A stretch of DNA of 64,000 nt. Origin: Savitreella phatthalungensis (Eukaryota). The stretch spans positions 806,001-870,000 of the forward strand of contig AP039689.1 in the NCBI GenBank assembly GCA_051599415.1, in the 5' to 3' direction. The notes below the pieces were generated by a model. That model searched no databases. It was not told the DNA's origin and saw nothing but the letters and a program-made list of their open reading frames with translations. Shown one piece after another: positions 12,098-22,222 of the stretch (positions are counted from its first letter, which is position 1; each line of letters begins with the position of its first letter). A program made the translations under genes and the position numbers.

Positions 12098-13588
12098 TTA
12101 GAATTCTGGGAAGAGATGACCATAAGGATCTGGGCCATCCTGACCGTATGGTTCACGTTCTTCCTGGTATGAGTCGAAGAGATGGGCGTCACCTGCTTGG
12201 CCCTTGAGCGGCGGGCAGTAAGGAGGCTCGATGTCGCGCTTGGCGAGGCGTTCCCAGTTGACTTCTGCGAACCAGGCGTGTTCCATTATATCACGTGATC
12301 CGTTCCGTAGATTACCGAATCGCTTTGTCAGGTCGGCCGTCAGCAGTTTCGAGAGGAGATCCTTGGCAGAAGCTTCGAAGTACGGTGGGTACCGCACGAT
12401 ACCGGCCAAGATGTTTTCGTAAAGTTTCATCGGGTTTGCGTCGTAGAAGGGCGGATGACCTGCCAGCATTTCGTACGTCAAGATACCGAGCGACCACCAG
12501 TCGACTGACTTGTTGTAACCCTTGCTCGCTACCACTTCTGGTGCAAGGTAGTCAGGCGTACCACAGAGCGTCCATGTGATGTCTGGCACCTCTTTCGCGA
12601 AGCCAAAGTCTGTAATCTTGATGTGGCCGTGGCGATCGAGCAGCAGGTTTTCGGGCTTCAAGTCACGGTAGATGATGTTGTTGAAATGGAGGAAATCGAG
12701 AGCTAGTGCGACCTCTGCTGCATAGAATTTGGCAACTGGGTTCGGGAAGCGCTGAGATTTGCGCAACAACGAGAACAGCTCACCACCTTCGATAAAGTCC
12801 ATGACCATGTAGAGATTCTTCGAGTCTGCAAATGTTCCCCAGAGCGTGATGAGGAAAGGGTGTTTGACCTTGCGCAGCATAGATCGTTCGTCATTCGTGT
12901 GTTCGACCTGCTTCATCTTCACCACCTGCTGCTTCTTAAGCACTTTGATTGCATAGAAGCGAGAGTTGTGGCGTGACTGAACGAGGTGGACACGGCCAAA
13001 CGATCCGGTACCGAGCGTCCGCATGATCTGGAAGTCTGTGAGGGTATACTTGCCCTTGGTCGTTCGTGGCACAAGGGCAAGGCCACGGGACAGCTCGAGA
13101 CCAGACTCTATCGTCTGCTTGTTCATGGGCAGCTCCTGCTGGTATGGGAATGTGTGTGAGGTTGGCATGGAGGGTGTAGATGATGTGGTTCGGTTGGAGG
13201 GCACTGGCGATTGTGGCTGAGCGTGCGGGACGACCTGTGTGGAGGTGACCTGGTGGTCATACCCTGTACCGGTGGTCGTGGCCTCGCCAGGTGCAGACCT
13301 AGGGATGTTTTGTGGGTTGGCGTAGCCTGCGCCTGCGTACTGTGCGCCGCCGGCTGCGATACCGTTGCCGTATTGCTGCTGATGCTGTGTAGAGTACTGA
13401 TGAGCGGCTTGCTGCTGCTGCAGGTGTGCTTGAGCTTGCTGCTGGGCGAGGTACTGGTGCTGGCCGCTGCTGTTTGATGGGATCTGCTGGATGCCGTCCA
13501 TACCGTCCTGTACCGGACTCGATGAGCCGTTCGGGTTGTTCTTATCTGCGGCTGTTGTGCGCCTTTTTAGCGAGGCGAAAGCCTTCAT
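12098..13588 (-). CDS. PKA1: cAMP-dependent protein kinase catalytic subunit (Pka1/Tpk)
   Basis: [47 protein letters not shown] and C-terminal FxxF; Q-rich N-terminus. Confidence 0.97.
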   Translation of the reverse strand: MKAFASLKRRTTAADKNNPNGSSSPVQDGMDGIQQIPSNSSGQHQYLAQQQAQAHLQQQQAAHQYSTQHQQQYGNGIAAGGAQYAGAGYANPQNIPRSAPGEATTTGTGYDHQVTSTQVVPHAQPQSPVPSNRTTSSTPSMPTSHTFPYQQELPMNKQTIESGLELSRGLALVPRTTKGKYTLTDFQIMRTLGTGSFGRVHLVQSRHNSRFYAIKVLKKQQVVKMKQVEHTNDERSMLRKVKHPFLITLWGTFADSKNLYMVMDFIEGGELFSLLRKSQRFPNPVAKFYAAEVALALDFLHFNNIIYRDLKPENLLLDRHGHIKITDFGFAKEVPDITWTLCGTPDYLAPEVVASKGYNKSVDWWSLGILTYEMLAGHPPFYDANPMKLYENILAGIVRYPPYFEASAKDLLSKLLTADLTKRFGNLRNGSRDIMEHAWFAEVNWERLAKRDIEPPYCPPLKGQAGDAHLFDSYQEEREPYGQDGPDPYGHLFPEF

Positions 13589-14075
13589 GCGGAAACGCGA
13601 GCAGAAGCTATCTGAAGTTTAATGTTCGTTACTTTTGGAGAGTCGCTAGTGAGCAAGCGAGTGAGTGAGTAATTTCGCTCTCAAATGGAGCTTGCGCGGG
13701 AGAGGCTCGATTATGCTCCTCGCTGGAAGGTTGTGAACAAGAGGTGAGATAATGAAATGCGAAGGTCGAAAGCCCCTGTCGATAGGTCAAGGCCGCGATT
13801 GTTGCTGTGATCCTCGTGTGTAAATGCGTAAGACCTCGCTGGTCTGCCTGCAAAAGGTGCGATTACACAAGAATTGCTGTGGTCTGGTACAGAAAGCCTC
13901 GACGAGGACGATGTCGGGATGTGGGGAGAGGATGCTAGGTGCTTGACCGCTCGCGTTTTCTTGAAAGTCGAGAATGTTGTGGTGACACTTCAGACAAGAC
14001 TCATTGCTGAGTTGGTTGAGAGATGAGGATGGAAGTTGGCTCGCTTGCTACAGTGCTGTGAATCGTGTTGGGGAG

Positions 14076-14202
14076 AGTGAGTGAGTGAGTGAGTGAGAGC
14101 GAGAGTGACAGAGAGAGATCCTGTAGACTACTGTATGTGCTGCGGGTGTCGGTGATGGTGATGGTGATGGTGATGGTGATGGTGATGGTAATGGTGATGG
14201 TC
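14076..14202. repeat. Microsatellites (GAGT)n/(GA)n and (GGTGAT)n upstream of PKA
   Basis: gtgagtgagtgagtgagtgag at about 14077-14097 and about 8 near-perfect GGTGAT units at 14150-14200. Confidence 0.85.
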
Positions 14203-15596
14203 GTGGTGATTCCGGTGAGCAGGAAGCGAACGTCCAGTCAGGATAGAATGGCCTGAACTGATGGTCCGCGGGTGTTGACCCAAACTGGTCTAGAGTTCTT
14301 TAGTTTTTTGTGAGGTAGTTAGTTGCACAAGTCCATTCACTCTGACCCTGAGCGATCGTGGATGTTAGACCCACATCACCATCCACTCTTGATTCGGAGT
14401 TTGCATATCTGCTGGAGGCTGTGATTAATTCGACAGCAGTACTGTACTGGTCAACTTTGGAAAGAGGCAGCTTGTTGAATCTGTTGTCTATGACGGTAAG
14501 GATTGTGATGATGTGCGTGTGCGTGCTCCTTTGAAGATCTTGAGGACATATTTAGATCTGAACGGAGGTGTGGATGTTGATGTGGATGTCTATCTGGGTT
14601 CTGGCAATCTGTTCAAGTCGATCTTTGACAAGGTTGAGGTTCAATTTTTATTGAGAGCTGAAAGCCTGCAGTGCTGGAGAGCAGCTTCAGAGACAGTCAA
14701 GTCGAGGTTGATGGATTCCGTTTCCCCTCAGTTTGAATTTGGGTGGAGCTTTGGTTATGAGCAGATTGCAATGGACTGATAGATGAGCGCGGATGGTCTG
14801 CACGGATAATGTGAGCGGAGTAGACGGGTCAAAGCAGTCGGAGTAGTTTAGAACTGTCTGTTCTTGTCTGAGTAAACATGAAGAGATGCGATAAATAGCG
14901 AGTCAGGGAGTCCTCCGAGTCAGTCTATCACTCAGTTACTAAGGCTATTGGTAATGTGTAGTCTAATGATCCGTTCTTGAGGGTTATGTCGATTGTGGGC
15001 AGGCTGATGAATGTCGTTGTTGAATGTCAGTCAGTGGCTGGCTTTTTGGCTTGTTGGCTGGTTCTCCTTCAGATACCAGACCAGCACTCTTGGATTTGAC
15101 TGTGTAGAACTCAACGACGACAATCAGCCCGTCTTGCGTACACAAAGGTATCTGATGAAGGACAGAGGAGTGAAAAGATGATATAGATTTCCAGTTAGGT
15201 GATGCGATCTGTATGCTCAGCTTTGTTTTTTGGACATTCTTTGAATCTGACGAGGATGAGATTCCAAGCAAGCCATTCGCGGCTTCAGCTTGACCACTTC
15301 TATATATGAAAAAGCGAAACAGTCAGCGGCATGACCCAAGCCGGATCAGGAGATGGATCGACATCGGTCCATGCAATTCATGTCCGTTACGAGGAAGCGA
15401 ATGGAGAAAGGGAGGAAGCGAGAAAGGGAGTCGATGCAAAGACTTGTATGGCACTCATCGTTAGCTTCAGGATGCAGGGATGGGTGCATGGCCACAAGTA
15501 TTCATCAGAACCGTCATATCATTAGATGTAGAGTAAATGTGGAACGCCTGCCTTGAAAACAACCAGTACTGGCTAACTTGGTCGACGTGTTCATAA

Positions 15597-17687
15597 TCAG
15601 GAAGTCTCTTCTGGAGCAGATGACGCACCGATGGAGGTGTCTGAGCCTGCAGAAGCGAGTGGCTGTTGATGGACATCGTGATCGACGCCGTAGACGTGCG
15701 TGTGCATGTGCGTGTGTGCGTGAGTGGCACCCTCGTTCTCGTGTGAGTGCTGGTGTGAATGTGTCAGCGTCAGGAATCGTGGGTGATCGTGGTCATCATC
15801 GTCAGACAGAATTGCTGTATCCGATGCACTGCCGGCGGTGGTGATGCGTGCGGATGATAGTTGGAGTGATGCCTGCTGTTGGCTCAGACCTTGTGAGCTG
15901 AAGTCCCAGATCCGCAGTTGCCCGTCATCGCCACCACTGATGATGCGCGAGTCACCGAGTGAGATGCAGTTCACCGGGCCGGAGTGACCTGTGAGTGATA
16001 GCACACATCGACCTTCATTCCTGTCCCACACTTTCACAGTCTTGTCTTGCGCACCTGTAACCAGACGAAGTGTGTCTGCGACAAGCGCCCACACACCTTC
16101 CACGTGGCCAAAGAACGTCTTGATACAGTTGCCAGACTTGACATCCCACCACTTAACTGTGCCGTCGAGGGAGGACGTGAAGTACTCCTTCGGACACTTC
16201 TGCGACCGAGTGTTGTACGGGTCCTCCTCCGACACAGGCGGCAGTGCTGGCGAGATGCTCTGGATCTGGCCGACGTGGCCGGTGAATGTGCGGATGCACG
16301 TGTTGTCCTGTAGATTCCACATCTTCATCGTCGTGTCATCTGACGCCGAGAAGGCGACCTGACAGGCAGAGTGGACGCGGACGCTATTGATCCAGCCGTC
16401 GTGACCACGGAGAATGCGACAGCGGCCATCGGCAAAGTTCCACACGCGCACAGTCGAATCTGCACCGCCAGAGACTAGAAGCGTGTCGTCGAAATGGAGA
16501 GACAGGACACCTTCAGCATGACCGCGAAGGACGCTGAGGCACTCACCTGTGCGGTAGTTCCATATGCGTAGCGTCTTGTCCATACTGCCGCTGATAAGCT
16601 TGATGTCGTCGAACTGGAGCGCGTTGACGCCACGGGTGTGACCCTCGAGCCGTTTGATCTCTTCGCCTGTCGTGAGTGACCACAACCGGATCGTCTTGTC
16701 ATAGCTGCCAGAGGCGATGATCGTCTCGTCAGCCTGGACGCACATGACGCCATCAGTGTGTCCTTGCAAGATCCGGCTCTCGAAGCGTCCGCGGCGCCAA
16801 TTGCTCTCGATCTTCTGTCGCTCGCAGTAAACCTCTTTCCACGGTCGCAAGGTGGGAGGGGTATTGCTGTCGTTGGTGCTGCTGAAGCACTGAGCTAGTA
16901 CATCAGTTGTGGACTTTTTCCGGGCCATTTCGACTCCTGCCGGTCTACTGAGGATCGCTCCGATCTTGCGTTTTCGCGTATCCTCCGACATGTCCGAGGC
17001 GCTTGTGGAAGGCCGTGCTTCTTCGATGACCGAGTCCACGTTGTACTTGGCCGCAAGTGCTTCGGCCCTGCGCTGAATGGCCTGACGGGACGCTCTGAGC
17101 CGTTTGCGCTCGAGTAACGGCAGACCCCAGCCACACTTGACACACTTTCGATCAATGTGCTGTTCACACATTCTATGCCAGACGACGTCATCGTTTGCCA
17201 GCTGTGCCCAACGCGTACTCACTTGAGCCGCCTTACACAGTGAGCTCGCATCGAGGTAGGATAAGATCTTGAAGCCGATCTCTGCAGGTAAGGCGGAGAT
17301 GTAGTCGATTCTGATGAGATCGCGCGTACAGGATGCGATGTAAGAGAGTTGCGGAAAGCAACACTGAGCCAGGAGACCCTGGAGGATTAGCTGCCGCTGT
17401 TGCGGATTTGCAGCGGAGAAGAAGGACCATATGTGGGTGATCCCTTCCTTCTCCTTGTCGCTCGCGCGCAATGAGTTCAGCGCGTTCTGGATGTCGCTCA
17501 TGAGTGGTTCGTTAGCAGCCCGAGAACGGCATTGACTGTTGCGCGGGTTGTGTCTGTAGCAGAAGCCGTTGCCTGACTTGACACCTTGCCGAACGGCCCG
17601 GCCAACTTCGTCGGGCACAGCAGAGGCGAGAAAACCCTGAATCGGCGATTCGATGGTGCTCGTGATATTTGTGTCTTTCTCGGACAT
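15597..17687 (-). CDS. MET30: F-box/WD40 sulfur regulator Met30/Pof1/SconB
   Basis: CYRHNP, CCFPQLS, F-box (LPAEIGFKILSYLD), MCEQHIDRKCVKCGWGLPLL, RPWKEVY, NWRRG and multiple GH..WD repeats. Confidence 0.93.
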   Translation of the reverse strand: MSEKDTNITSTIESPIQGFLASAVPDEVGRAVRQGVKSGNGFCYRHNPRNSQCRSRAANEPLMSDIQNALNSLRASDKEKEGITHIWSFFSAANPQQRQLILQGLLAQCCFPQLSYIASCTRDLIRIDYISALPAEIGFKILSYLDASSLCKAAQVSTRWAQLANDDVVWHRMCEQHIDRKCVKCGWGLPLLERKRLRASRQAIQRRAEALAAKYNVDSVIEEARPSTSASDMSEDTRKRKIGAILSRPAGVEMARKKSTTDVLAQCFSSTNDSNTPPTLRPWKEVYCERQKIESNWRRGRFESRILQGHTDGVMCVQADETIIASGSYDKTIRLWSLTTGEEIKRLEGHTRGVNALQFDDIKLISGSMDKTLRIWNYRTGECLSVLRGHAEGVLSLHFDDTLLVSGGADSTVRVWNFADGRCRILRGHDGWINSVRVHSACQVAFSASDDTTMKMWNLQDNTCIRTFTGHVGQIQSISPALPPVSEEDPYNTRSQKCPKEYFTSSLDGTVKWWDVKSGNCIKTFFGHVEGVWALVADTLRLVTGAQDKTVKVWDRNEGRCVLSLTGHSGPVNCISLGDSRIISGGDDGQLRIWDFSSQGLSQQQASLQLSSARITTAGSASDTAILSDDDDHDHPRFLTLTHSHQHSHENEGATHAHTHMHTHVYGVDHDVHQQPLASAGSDTSIGASSAPEETS

Positions 17688-20010
17688 CTTGGCGGACTAT
17701 TGCTGTCGTTGAAGAGCAGTCGGGAGTGCACGCGCGCACGGCGTCCTCAGTGTAGGAGGACGGACGGAGATTGTTTCGTCCGCCGTGCGCGACGTGAAAG
17801 GAGTATGTTGCGCGCGTCGAAGTGCAGATGTGCGCTTGTTCAGACTGTCGCCGAGTGCAGCTTCCGCGAGCTCAACGTGGCCTGAAAAATGCGGTCGATC
17901 ACCCCACGTTGACAATCGATGACGCCTGAAGAATAAGGGGCCAATGAAGCTAGATTACGATTCGCGTTCGCCCTGGGCCATATGATTGTGCAGACAATTG
18001 ATAGATTGCGCCTGCGGCTCTTCCGAGGCGGGGGATGAGTGTTATGAGATCAAATCGAGAACGGCAGCCGTGGATCGAGAATGCCTAATCCGAGAACTGC
18101 GCCTAGTCTGGCAGTTGACGTTTATTGTTTGTAGCTGGCTCGTCCCTGATTTGATAGCTGATAGACGTGGCAGCTTGGGAGGAATGATTGGAGTTCGTGT
18201 TGTGCAAGCGTTGCGTGCTTTCTGGTGTAAAATGTCGTGCTTCTTGTCGTGATTTGCGTGCCGCGAGAATTTCCTTCTAGCAGGAAGAAGAGGAATATCC
18301 TACCCAGACCGAACGGGACAATTGTGTCTGGTCAATGAGAAACGTTGACTCTGATAGATCTGGAGAAGACCTCAAGGTAAGATGTCTGCGACAATCCGGA
18401 GGACTCGGAGTCGCCGCTGTGTCAGTCACAAGGGCACCTTCTCTGTGCTTGCGTGGAGATTAGCTTTGAATCGTAAGCAATTTATTACGCGTGACCTATT
18501 TTTTCTTACTTGTGAGCGCCTCAGCTTTCTTCTCATCATGCAGCCCCCACAGTATACAATATTCATAGTTTCAGCCAACACTGAATCTACAGCGACTACC
18601 AAAGTAATGGAATAATTCATCAATGCTCATTCGCCTTATCAGTCATACGGATATCCACGCAGTCTATCCTATCTCATGCAGAAGGAGAGTCCCAAGTCGA
18701 TAATCTGTAACTGCTGACAGTCGATTTCGATATCATTTCCATCCAATTGGAACCTTTGACATCCTGGAATAAAGCATGCTTGGGGGCAAGCAGATATTGG
18801 GAATTCTGTATCTTGATCTACTTTGAGAAAATTCTATGAAATTGGCCACCTTGGACAGAAGAATCGGTTCACCTGACCCGGACTGGATCATTCACCTTGG
18901 TAGTGGCAGACTCAAGACTAATGACTGCAGCTGACTATCGAAGTAAAAATCCAAGCTGATCAAAGAGGTATTTCAAATGCCGGTGTTACCGGAATTCCCG
19001 TCCAGAGCTTCCTTTCAAGTGGGGCTCAGTCTTGTATCTTTCCCGGAGTCTGGAACATCAGGGACGATGATCAGCGACATAGTGCTGCATATTTTTTTAG
19101 CAGGCCATAGAGAACGCATTTCGTAGGCAGATGGCTCGGCTACACACTTAGTAAGTTGTTCATCAGTTGTTCACGTCGAGCCAGTACTCTTCACCGGAGG
19201 GCAAATGACAATAGTCCTTTCCTGAATAATAATCAATCTACATTCACGTGGTATCTATGGGTTATGCTGTCATCTCTTTTCCAGGTGCATGTTTCTATTG
19301 AATGATGGATAGTGCACCTCCTAATATGGATGGATGGAGGCAAAGTAATGTATCTAACAAGCCAGGGAGCATTGATAGTCGACGCTCTCATCAGGCATGC
19401 ATCACGACAAGAATATCTGTGTTGATGGTCCTGCTCACACACGTACAGTCAACTTCCCAACAGCACATACGGCTACGTCACAACGCCAGGCAAGAATCTA
19501 GAAAGAATTCTAGATTGGCTCTCTCAAACTCGCAAAGCGCAGTGCTGATCATGCCATATCATACGATCGTGAAGTGCAGAGATGGAGAAACAGCCATGAA
19601 ATTCTCCGAAAGACTGAAGACGAAGACAGCACGGGAGAGTTGAGCAGACTTCCCCAGACTGATGTGTGCAATCGCAGCGTCGAAAGTCAGGAGAAGGTAA
19701 GTCTACGCTTGCCGATGCCAATGCAACAACTCTACTCACATTGAACGCCACAGCGCTGTGACAATTTGATCTTCATCTGACTGGAGGCTAGGTCAGGGCA
19801 AAGTCGCACAGATGGATATCAAGGCCAAATCTAAGATCTGAATGACAAGAACCTGATACACTTCATCATTCAATTCATTCTATCAATCACGTAAATTGTG
19901 ATCAACTATTTCGAGTCATCTCATTCATCAAACACGCAATCATCAACGTACGTACGTACGCGCATATACTAGCTGCATGTACGTAAACTTTACTTGCACA
20001 AATACATCAA

Positions 20011-20128
20011 CACACACACTCTCATATACACACACACTCTCATATACACACACACTCTCATATACATACACACTCTCATATACATACACACTCTCACATA
20101 CACACACACTCTCATATACACACACACA
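20011..20128. repeat. 18-bp minisatellite, about 6.5 copies
   Basis: Unit CACACACACTCTCATATA starting at 20011, 20029, 20047, 20065, 20083 and 20101 with minor variants. Confidence 0.9.
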
Positions 20129-20266
20129 CCGACGTAACCACCCTCAACCTTCGTCTAACTTCGCATTCCCTGTAGAGGTTATTGAACTAGCCGCAGTGTC
20201 ATACACTCGCAAACAACTATTGCAGATTCCGTATCTGTCGATCTATCAGATCAAAGGAGCTGATGC

Positions 20267-22201
20267 ATGCTGTACGACCAGTATAACGCAGCCAAGCGCG
20301 CTCTAGCGACATCCAATGACGCATGCAGGCGCGCTGAAAAGCTTGCTAAGGAGACCGCAGATGCTCTAGCAGGTGCAGGTCACCTGCTCAAACAATGCGG
20401 GGGTCTCCGGCGTGCGCTCGAGGAACAACACGCTGCTCTCAGCAACCATCACGATTCCTCCCTGCTTGCCGATAAGCGTGAGAGCGAGCAAGACTTTGAC
20501 ACGCTTCTTGAAGAACTTGATCGTGCCGATGGCGAATTGAACAGCGCGCTTGCCATCTTGCGCTCGACTGCGCTTCCCGATGCACTGGACGATGCACCAC
20601 AATCATCACCGTCCCCGGCCGGTCAGAAAACGCTGTTTGAGTTTGCTGACGATCAGGCCATCGAAAGCTTGAGGCACGATCTCCGTGACACGATTGACGA
20701 TATGCATGATGCACATCAAGAATTGCAGGAAATCCTCAAAGACTATCTTACTGCAGTTAAACAGTTTCGAAGCGCAATTGACAGTGTGCCACCTACACCG
20801 CTGCTCGAGCCCCCCGCTCGTCTCCCGCAGGAACGTCACGACGCTGCGTACGACCTTCATCGATCCTCTCAGCGGTCCGCATCGAGTAGTGCCACATCCT
20901 CTTCACAGCCAGCTGCGTCCGCTCAAATTGGTGGCAGTGCCACGGCATTAACGGACTCCGGCAGACCGATTGCGCTTTCGTCCTCTCAGATTCTGGCAAT
21001 TTATTCCCGCAGTCAGAATCGCCATCTCGACCAAATGGCTGCATTGCTTCTTTCATTGTCTCAGCACTTTGACCATTGTGCCTTGCTTATTCGCGACGGT
21101 TCTGATCCATCTATGCCACAGCTGCCACCCGATGAGATTGTCGAGCTTCAGGAAGTTGTAGCAGAAGATGCTGCAAATCTCGACGACGTCACTTCGGAAG
21201 TCGATGCCCGCTTAGCTGCGATCGAGATGGACTGCGAACGGGCGCGATCCCATATCGCATCGCTCGAGCAGGTTCGCGACGTCCTGACATCTGTGCAGCG
21301 AGACAACGCACAGTTGAACATCACGCTGCATGCAGACCGTCTGAACGGATCTGCAGACCGACGAGCCGCGGTACGCGAGGACATCTGTTCGTTGCGGGAC
21401 TCTCTGAATGGTCTCACTGATCACTACACGCGCTTCGGCCACGCCTTTGACGCACTGTGCGTGGAAGTCGACCGGCGGCGCAGGTACGAGCTCTCAATCT
21501 CCGCTCTTCTGGCCGGCACGCGCACGACGGCTGCACAGCTCGCTGCTCAAGAACGACTTCGTCGATCGACTTTCTTGGAGCGTTACGCACCTCACCTACC
21601 ATCGGACATCTGGCGAGGTATCTCTCGCCCACCGCGAACCCCACTCTGCGCCTTCCTCCCGGACGACCTGGACGCTCAGTCTCTCCTGGACAAGCCTGAG
21701 TCCCAAGGTGATGGTGACGATCAGCACGTGTGGGTGCGTGTCCGTGTGCCGCGGACACACCTGACCGCACAACTCCACGGCACGGGAGTCGCCATCGCGC
21801 CTGCACAAGTGCAGAAGACTAGATCCACAGCTGGTAGAAATCTAGGCGATTCCCATGGCGTCATCTCAGGCAGTGGCTCATCAAGCAACAACAACGATGA
21901 CGACCTCTACTCCTCCCCACCCAGCCGGATCCAAAGTCCGCGAGTACCACACCTTCCTGCCATAGCACCATCACTCCCGCCGTCAGCAAAGCACCGGTAC
22001 ACTTCTGCATTCATACGCTCCACTCCGCTCTCCGACGACCACCACCACCACCACCACCACCACGACGACAAGACGAATAACGACAACGGAAACGACGACA
22101 ATGATGACGACGACGAGCAAGTGGAGGAGGAGGAGATTGTCGGGATTCCTAGATTGCCACAGACTGTGATTGATAAAGCACTAGCTCGATTACGATTGTA
22201 G
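20267..22201 (+). CDS. ATG17: Autophagy protein Atg17
   Basis: Coiled-coil protein with KTLFEFAD, MAALLLSLSQHFDHC, EVDRRR and HLPSDIW motifs as in fungal Atg17. Confidence 0.8.
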   Translation: MLYDQYNAAKRALATSNDACRRAEKLAKETADALAGAGHLLKQCGGLRRALEEQHAALSNHHDSSLLADKRESEQDFDTLLEELDRADGELNSALAILRSTALPDALDDAPQSSPSPAGQKTLFEFADDQAIESLRHDLRDTIDDMHDAHQELQEILKDYLTAVKQFRSAIDSVPPTPLLEPPARLPQERHDAAYDLHRSSQRSASSSATSSSQPAASAQIGGSATALTDSGRPIALSSSQILAIYSRSQNRHLDQMAALLLSLSQHFDHCALLIRDGSDPSMPQLPPDEIVELQEVVAEDAANLDDVTSEVDARLAAIEMDCERARSHIASLEQVRDVLTSVQRDNAQLNITLHADRLNGSADRRAAVREDICSLRDSLNGLTDHYTRFGHAFDALCVEVDRRRRYELSISALLAGTRTTAAQLAAQERLRRSTFLERYAPHLPSDIWRGISRPPRTPLCAFLPDDLDAQSLLDKPESQGDGDDQHVWVRVRVPRTHLTAQLHGTGVAIAPAQVQKTRSTAGRNLGDSHGVISGSGSSSNNNDDDLYSSPPSRIQSPRVPHLPAIAPSLPPSAKHRYTSAFIRSTPLSDDHHHHHHHHDDKTNNDNGNDDNDDDDEQVEEEEIVGIPRLPQTVIDKALARLRL

Positions 22202-22222
22202 ATCTTCCAAATTTTCTTGAAT

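Noticed and set aside
19943..20306. ORFs with repeating THTLSY / VCVYES peptides
   Set aside because: They are translations of the 18-bp minisatellite.
22190..22201. Atg17 C-terminal LRL as a peroxisomal signal, and TGA-CTA readthrough to cryptic PTS1 in other genes
   Set aside because: LRL is not a canonical PTS1, and none of the stop codons I checked has the TGA CTA context.
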